This document shows positions 56,470-64,000 of a stretch of 64,000 bases of DNA, in pieces. Position 1 is the first letter of the stretch, and each line of letters begins with the position of its first letter. The DNA is taken from positions 62,255 through 126,254 of the forward strand of contig NMRA01000122.1 of the NCBI GenBank assembly GCA_002633005.1, read 5' to 3'. The DNA is from Phoronis australis. Taxonomy: Eukaryota > Animalia > Phoronida. The notes beneath the pieces are model-generated. The model had not been told where the DNA came from and searched no databases. It saw only the letters and a program-made list of their open reading frames with translations. The position numbers and the translations under genes are program-made.

Positions 56470-59400
56470 CTGAAACGAGAATGCAGGAAAAACGTCGTCA
56501 TATTCATTGTCATAAATGTTTAATCTCTATCATTATACATAAGCAAATTTGTCAAGTATTTCGGCCTTCGATTATGGTAAACAGACATTAATGTTTTGAG
56601 ATATTTCCACTTACATGTGCGACAACCCTAAGAGGCTTGTGTATTCTAATACCACATTCACATGAACAACGAAGCCGCTAAATTGTTTCAGTGCATGGCT
56701 AAGATGCTAACGAAAACTCCTACCACACGAGCTGTCCTCGAAGGGATTATTGTCGCCAGCAGCTAGTTTGTTTCTTCACCTACCGAATCGATTTTACTGA
56801 GGCCGTAAATCAATCGTCGGTTTACGACATTGGCTATGTTGTGTAACATTTGAATATGATTTCACATTCCAAATAATAGCTTATTTAATGTGAAAAACAA
56901 AACCCGTTGATTAAGCGCTGGGTTTTTGTAGTTTTTGGCGTTTGATAACAGGGCGCGACATCAAATTTCATGATGCGTCTTACTAAACAATAAGATGAGA
57001 CTGAATGCAAATGGCAATTATAAACTCACTAAAGAAGAAACTGATTGTCTTATATCGTGGACATTAACTTAACTTATTTCACACACCTAACAACATAACA
57101 CAATCGGGATAATCTCACTCGTGAATTTGGTACGCGTTCTTATGTAACGCTGTTTGAGCTAAAATAGCTGAACAACGACATCGGTGACCTCCTCATTTGT
57201 TCTTATGATTTCACGGAAATCACATTAGGCATCAAAATAACACATCACAGTGACGTCGTAATGGTGTGGGTAAAAGCCAAAACTAGTCAGGCAGCCAAAA
57301 CGTGAAAAGTCTTCTAAATATAGGTTTGCTGGCAAAGTCGTTCTAGAAACATTCAACACACATCACAACAACATAAATCTAAAACAGTCACTGGTAATTG
57401 AGGGGTTATTAAGCGAACGTTTTAAATTGGCATTATTTTGCTTCAAACTACCATGTAATAGGGCAGCTAAGTAAGCCATTCAAGGTCATTAAGTAAGCAC
57501 CAATCTCATTGGTCAGTATGACCATTATCTGGCTAGCATGGTTTACACTAGCCAATGAAAAGCAAGGTCACATCCTGTGTGTCTGCTTCCAGGTAAACCA
57601 GTTGTAATTGATGTAGTCGTTTGTTTAAATTGGCAATTACGTAAGTCCACACGAATTATTTTATACATCTACATGTATAGGTCCTTCTAGTTCCACTTTG
57701 CAGTGCGATCAAACATACAGAAGGGCGGCAGTGCCAATATTTATTAAAAATCATCGTGCGGGAATTGGCCAGAAAAGCTCTTTAAGCCTACTTTACAATT
57801 CGCTCAGGGCGTGAGTTCGTCCATCCGCAAGTTAGGATTCTCAAGATTCAATACCACAGTCACCATCTGGCAGTGCTTGTTTTTGTTGAGAAGTTGTGCA
57901 TTCAAAACAATGCTAAGACCCTTTGAGAAATGAAAAAATCAAATTTGGCAACTGTTTTTGCGCCATTGGCGAGATTTGATTTGACTTCAGTGCTCATGCA
58001 TATTAATAGGAGAACCTAATAAATTGTTAGAATTTTATCCATCGCATGCAGCATTATCTCTCTGCCAGAAATTCAAGCCAGCGTGAATTGGAAGGAAAAT
58101 TTAATGCAATTGATGGTAGAAAGTGCACGTTTTGACACCAATTTCTACGGTTGGTTAGGATGCAAACTATACATAATTGCTGTCGAAAAGGATCCGTTCG
58201 CTGGCTAATCGTCTGCCTGTTTTCATCATTCTTGTCAACCAAGTATAACAAGTATAAGCAGAGATGGGAATGTTGTTCAAATTCTTCCACACTCTTACCT
58301 ATTATCGAAATTGTGAAATATTTCATCTCTGAAATATGCACTTTCCAGAACCTGAAAGTAAACAAGCATTTCAACATTGTGAGATAATGAACCGTTAATT
58401 ACATTGCAATTAGCACGTAAAGTTTAAGGGCATGTTTGTGTCTTGGTCACATGCCGAATGACTCGGATGCTCGGCTGATCTCGATTCTTCTGTTCTTATG
58501 CCTGTCGTGAAAGGGCGATTTTTCTTCGGACAGGCTGCACTGATTCTTGAAAGTGAAACCCATTTGTGACCAGTTGATGAATAGTTGTGACTGTTTTTTA
58601 ATACCCGTGTTGATTACTTTGAGTCGTGTTCGTCCGTGATGACGTCGCGTTCCGCTAACATCAATGCAGTAAACTTTCGTGACATCAAAGTAAGTCCACG
58701 TCAGCTCAGCTAAGGTTGTGTAATGCCAAATTTGACTAACTTCCAAACGTCATCTCAGAAATCGCTTATCGTATTCACATAAAACTTTCTGGCAGTATGC
58801 TTCATCAATTAATATTTTTCAAAGCGCTGTTTTGAGTTGTTTTTGAAATTTTTGTTCTTTGTATGAGGGTCATCGAAATTAGGACTTTTACTATTTTCAT
58901 GAAAAAATCTATACTTACATAAAACGAATACGAAATTGTATTTCTGAAAGCTGCAACATCAATTTTGAGATCACATACTGAACATTTACATGAAATAAAA
59001 TTTCATCGAGTTATTAATGCTGTTGTTTTGCTAACCTTGCACCCTTCTTTTTAACCAAATTTTACTAAAAAAACATGTCCACGTGACCCAATTAAAAGCA
59101 TATTAGTGAAAAATCAAAAATAAAAACTTTGCTTCTACTTTCAGTACGCACATGCTTCTACTTTCAGTACGCACATGCTGTTACTTTTAGTTTTGAAGAT
59201 ATTTGGCTAAATTTGCAGACTTGTCATTAAGGTCCTACATCACCTTAAGATTTTATGTTTGACAAATACATGTATGTTTGAGTAAAAGTCCGCATTTCAA
59301 GCGAAAAATGTGAGAGTGTTACATGTATACGAGATGAAGTTTATCATTCCACTTAATCAACTGCATGGAGTGTTGTAATAAGGCAAGACGGGTGGTAAAC

Positions 59401-60832
59401 AAGCACCAACTGAAAGGAACCAAAATACATTTTCCATCAGGTCCACCGATTTCAACAGAATTGAAAGGAATGGTTTCACTGGACGTATACTCAGAAACCT
59501 CAATACTATGTATGTTACCATCCGTTGATCTACACCAAGTTCTAGCCTATTTACATTGGAGTGACGTTTCAGGTCATGATTCTCCGCCCATCTTTAGGTG
59601 TTATGGTGTGTTTGGTTCAATGAAGGTAGTCAAAGATTAGCACTTTTTGGAGTTGATTCACGGTGGGATTTGAACCTGGGACTTTTTGGTTACCACCGCA
59701 AACAATAGATTTTATTATCTCAACACCGTTTTAGAAGTTGTTATAGGAAAGCATGGGAAGTTGGGAGGCAGCGCCCCACTAAACAGAGACGTAGGAGGCG
59801 GGGGCGGCTGGAAAACACGCGTACCCCCTAATAATTTTGGCGGGGAGCACGCCAGTCGAGAAAAGAAAAAAAACTGTGAAACATGTAGAAGAGAGAGAAA
59901 GTTAGAGCACATTCGTCAGCTGCCAGTGCTGGATTTACCCTATGGGGGACCTTGTTAGGACATTTTTGTGGGAGGAACAATTTTGCATACAATTTGCATT
60001 TACCGACAAAATGTTTTATGTAGAACGAATTGTTCCTGATTTTTAAATTCAAGAAAACAACTTATAGGGAATGAAAACCTATATTTCTCAAGGGACCCTT
60101 CGCTGGAAAGTATAATGAAGTCGCTGCTGTTTTCTACTTTTTGTTTCAAATTGTATGCCATTTCATATAGATTCCAGCTATTGGAAGAGACCGCAGAAGG
60201 TATCTATGGTTAAGATTTCGCTGTTCTCTTATCCTTTTTAGGCATCACCCACGTAAGGTTCTCCAATGATGGAATTTATTGCCTCCCTTTTCTTTTTTTT
60301 GAAATGTACAATCTTTTATTTTAAAGAAGTAGATGATGGAAGGAGGTTGGCCCGAAAATGGAATAAACTGTCACCCTTGTTCATGACTTTAATTTATGTA
60401 GCATTTCACATTACAGTATTTTGACAGCATGTCTTTCAAATTAATGAAAATTAATGAACCTGCTTTCAGACGGGGTCCTCCCTTATAGGGACGACACGGA
60501 GCAGTTGCCCCTTTGCACCATATAAATTCGACAGTGTTTAACTATTCTTGATGGGAAGTAGAAAAAAAATTAAATTGGACATGAAAACCACACGTGTTCA
60601 TGCAAAGCGAACCAGCGTCAAGACATGCGGCCGAGACAAGAAAAAATGTGGGGCAATAAAACATAAGGAAAGCAATCTTTTTCATGTAAAAATATGGTTC
60701 GTTGATTATCCTTGACATTTTTTCTGTTATTTACGGTTTTCCGCAACTTAAGTTATTTGTCATGCCCTATTCCGGAAGTGACGTTTTCGGGGTTTAGAAT
60801 TTCCCGCCATTTTGTTTTCATATAGTCTGACT

Positions 60833-61921
60833 CACAGGCGCTTGGGTTTATCGCAAATGACGTCACTCAATAATATATATAAGAAAACATAAAGGTTGGA
60901 CACTTAAACTTTGCCAAGCCGAGGCTCCCAACTTCAGCCGTCCAAAATCCAAATAAAATCTGCGTGCACCTCCCTCAGTCTGGTGTTGCATAAACCTTCG
61001 AAGCCTTATCTTTCCTAGATTCCATTAACTGTCTTCGTGAGTGGTGAATAGGCGAGGGAATTTCCAAAACAATCTCAAAACTCTGAATTCAAGGACCTGA
61101 AATAGTAAACATGGCGGATTTCAGTTGTGCTTCAACTTGTACGCCTGTCGTAGGTGAAACTTCGAGTTTGAGCAAGGAACCTATATTTCAAATTCAATAA
61201 TTCTAATCAAAAGCTCAACTAATTGAGAATGTTAAAGTTAGTATTTTAATGATTATTTGTAACTTTATTCCACTGACGGCTCATTTTAGCCCTTAACTTA
61301 GAATTTCATTACATAAACTGGCGTATCTTGTTTCTCATCTTGACATCACGCACTTTTTTGATTGAAGCACAACACACACTCGGCCACTGGAAACGCAGTC
61401 CGTGCAAGTATTACAATGCGCGTGGCCGACGAGTTAACTGAATGGTTTTGGCCAAAAATAAAACCTTCATCACAGTACACAAAAACTTCGCATATCAATA
61501 CAGTATCAAGATAATTTATATTTGACACAAATATGTGAGTAATTACACTCTCTGCTTCTCATGATCAAGTAGTCGAGGGATTGATGAAGAAAGCCGCGCG
61601 AAATTAGACTTTCGGATTTAGCTCGCGAGCGTCCTTCAAAAACCCAGATGTGCGAAGACCGTCTGCCATGACATCACGGAATCACGTCCTTGTGATTTTG
61701 GCATTGTTTTGTCATTTTTGTCGCCAAATCACCACTCGACCGCAATTTGAAGAGATCGAATGAAAGAAAGTATTCTAAGAGTTGTCCGATGCTAGTTTCG
61801 TGGAGTTCCATGCACATTTGAGTAGAAAGTTTTGAGGAAATAGATTTCGAGTGTCCAACCTTTATGTTTTCTTATATATATTATTGAGTGACGTCATTTG
61901 CGATAAACCCAAGCGCCTGTG
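60833..61921. mobile_element. Young MITE with perfect 72-bp TIRs and 8-bp TSD (P- or hAT-type), nested in the Kolobok-like element
   Basis: TIRs 60833-60904 and 61850-61921 are exact reverse complements. GTCTGACT at 60825-60832 and 61922-61929. Confidence 0.92.
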
Positions 61922-62164
61922 GTCTGACTGTGTGAGCTGCCGAGCCAGTCATTGTTTTACCACGGTTGTGATAGGTTCAGTCGTCGTTTGTTTTTGTTTA
62001 CAAGCTAGTCAACATGCCGCACGTTTGCTGCGTACCGAGATGTGCTCATTATCGCCTCACGCGCACTTTAGGTATGCCATTACATCGCTTTCCGACGCAT
62101 GGCACACTCCGCCGTACTTTTCTTGTTGACGTGTGAAGAACGCAGTGTTTCCCGTCCACACAAC

Positions 62165-62202
62165 TTATTATTATTATTATTATTATCATCATTATCATTA
62201 TT

Positions 62203-62243
<41 letters not shown>

Positions 62244-62292
62244 CATCATCATCATCATCATCATTATTATTATTATTAATATTATTATTAAT
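62165..62292. repeat. (TTA/TCA)n microsatellite
   Basis: Directly visible. Confidence 0.97.
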
Positions 62293-63699
62293 TTATTTCA
62301 TAGTATACAAAACTACAATAATAATAGAGTAATTGGTAAATGGTAAACGAAATTTCAAAAAAAATAATTATATAACGCCAAAAAATTTTAAAATGCATTT
62401 CTGTGGTGGTTCATAGTACAAAGCAGTGGAGAATTACCGAGTATGTGGCAAGCATTTTCTGCTGTCGGAGTGCGAAAGAAATATATACGCGAAAGTGATG
62501 AAGGTCCCTGCAAAACAACGCCTGAAGAAGGGTGCCATACCGTCGCTGTTGATTCTCGACAGTGCCCCGTCGCCACTTCCGAAAAGGGCATTTTTAAAGC
62601 GAGAAGCCTCGTGAGCTGTGGCCTCTATAGTGACTCAAGGACCTTCACCCGCTCCTCCGAACGTATCCCAGAGCGTGCAATGCTAGGAACTAGCAGTGAC
62701 TCGCCCTGTGCCGGTGTTGTCTGCAGCCCACAGCCTGCCAAGCAGCCCTGCAGCGATGTTGAGTAGTGGCAGGGAATACAGGCCCAGTTCATCACCCAGT
62801 GAAGAGGACAGTTCGTCGTCCAGACCGGTGAGCCAAACTTTGTGGACTTGACCAAAGTACTGCAACCGTTTAAAAAAGTGGCAGCTGTGTGGCGAGAGAG
62901 TCACGCTGCGGAATGTAAGCTGTTTGGCTGCTCGATCCAGTGGAGTGCGTCGCGGGACACTCGGGCAAATGAGGTCCACTTTACCATGTCCAGTGGCGTG
63001 CTCTTCTCTGGAAACACCTTTCAGTCGGTGAAGACACTGATGAACTTCGGTAACGTCAAGCTTTTCTCGAAGACGACGTACAATAATATCCAGAATTCGT
63101 TACCAGCCGTCAGTGAGTTCTCTAACACTCTAGCTTGTCGTAGAGTACTTGTCGAAAACAACAGTAGCACAGATCCTCACAATGAACTGGAACGCAGAAA
63201 CAAAATTGCGGGAAATTCGGAACCTCCTAAAGCTCGCTCCCGGAAAAGGGCATGACTAATTAATTAAATTACCGGAAGCCGTAATTAAATGAAAAATGTC
63301 TGAGACAATCAACGAACCGTATTTTTAGTAAATGACATGAAAATTATTTGCTTTCTCCTTTAAAAGACCAGTATTTGTGAACTACACAAATACAATGTTC
63401 TCGGCGGTTTTATAATGATAATACACTCGTCCCTTTTTGCAAAGAATTTCATAAATTAAATATTTTATTTGAAGATTGTTCGTAAGAAGATCGCTGTGTA
63501 TATCAGATTGTCAGGAGTATGATTTTTCGTGACCAAGTAATGACTACCTCTGGAAAGAACTAGAATTCACGTTAACACGAACAAAATCTACATATGTCTG
63601 GATGGAGTGCTTACTAACTCCAACGGCATGCCCCGTCTCCCGCGCCTTCCCGGTTGCTCGTCAAGTACATGTATCCGGTCGCATCCCATCTGGAATTGC

Positions 63700-63904
63700 C
63701 AAAAATCCCATACTGTGAATTACGGATTTGTAAAAAGTCGTTCAGTTTATCAGCCGGTAGTTCACTCAAAATTCCTACTGTGCGTGCCTGTAGTTTTAAA
63801 ATAGATGGCCAAGCATGTAGGACATCTTTTGATTCTATTTTTTTATGTTTATGTCTACTGAGAAAATCGACCGATTTATAGATGACTGGTTGACTATCAC
63901 GCAA
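63700..63904 (-). mobile_element. Possible Crypton (tyrosine-recombinase transposon) N-terminal remnant
   Basis: VDFLSRHKHKKIESK...LSELPADKLNDFL resembles the F+...KN.NT..KT / +P..EL+..L pattern of Crypton/ZMYM-type proteins. Short and degraded. Confidence 0.3.
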
Positions 63905-64000
63905 TTTTAAGTAAACTTTAACGCAAACCAGAATTTGGTAAATCTCTACCGTCTTACATCCAAGCAGTAAGAGAACGAGGTGTCTTCTTCCGACACTTCT

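Larger units (their letters stand above)
60662..63359 (+). mobile_element. Second Kolobok-like element with THAP and transposase remnants, interrupted by two insertions
   Basis: Colinear with 42365-43786. RVCGKHF...RLKKGAIPS (THAP). GVLFSGNTFQSVKTLMNFGNVKLFSKTTYNNIQ resembles a Kolobok-type transposase segment. Right TIR ends at TTAA 63360-63363. Confidence 0.75.

Noticed and set aside
60833-60904. RSS-like (Transib/ProtoRAG) terminus because it starts CACAG
   Set aside because: The heptamer is CACAGGC, no nonamer is seen, and the TSD is 8 bp rather than the 5 bp expected for Transib/RAG-like elements.
62049-62332. Poly-M/I and poly-L/S ORFs
   Set aside because: Translations of a trinucleotide microsatellite.

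Overview
Eukaryotic (AT-rich, spliceosomal introns, transposon-dense; probably an invertebrate animal) genomic window with one assembly gap (11194-11676). Three host genes can be reconstructed by hand. The first is a calcyphosine-like EF-hand gene (CAPSL, + strand, 18870-24688) with two duplicated alternative terminal exons and a triplicated splice donor. The other two are tandem minus-strand genes for thermolysin-family (M4) zinc metalloproteases of the Pseudomonas LasB/vibriolysin type, each split by GT-AG introns at equivalent positions and phases. They look like a bacterial-type secreted protease that was domesticated, intronized and duplicated. The rest is mobile DNA: a decayed P-element/THAP9-like transposase back-to-back with a spliced PIF1-helicase/PHD gene remnant, a decayed BEL/Pao retrotransposon, THAP-bearing Kolobok-like elements, several MITEs with clear TSDs (5, 8 bp), a tRNA-derived SINE, LINE and Crypton-like fragments, and mini/microsatellites. 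All assignments come from manual motif recognition; no database searches were run.
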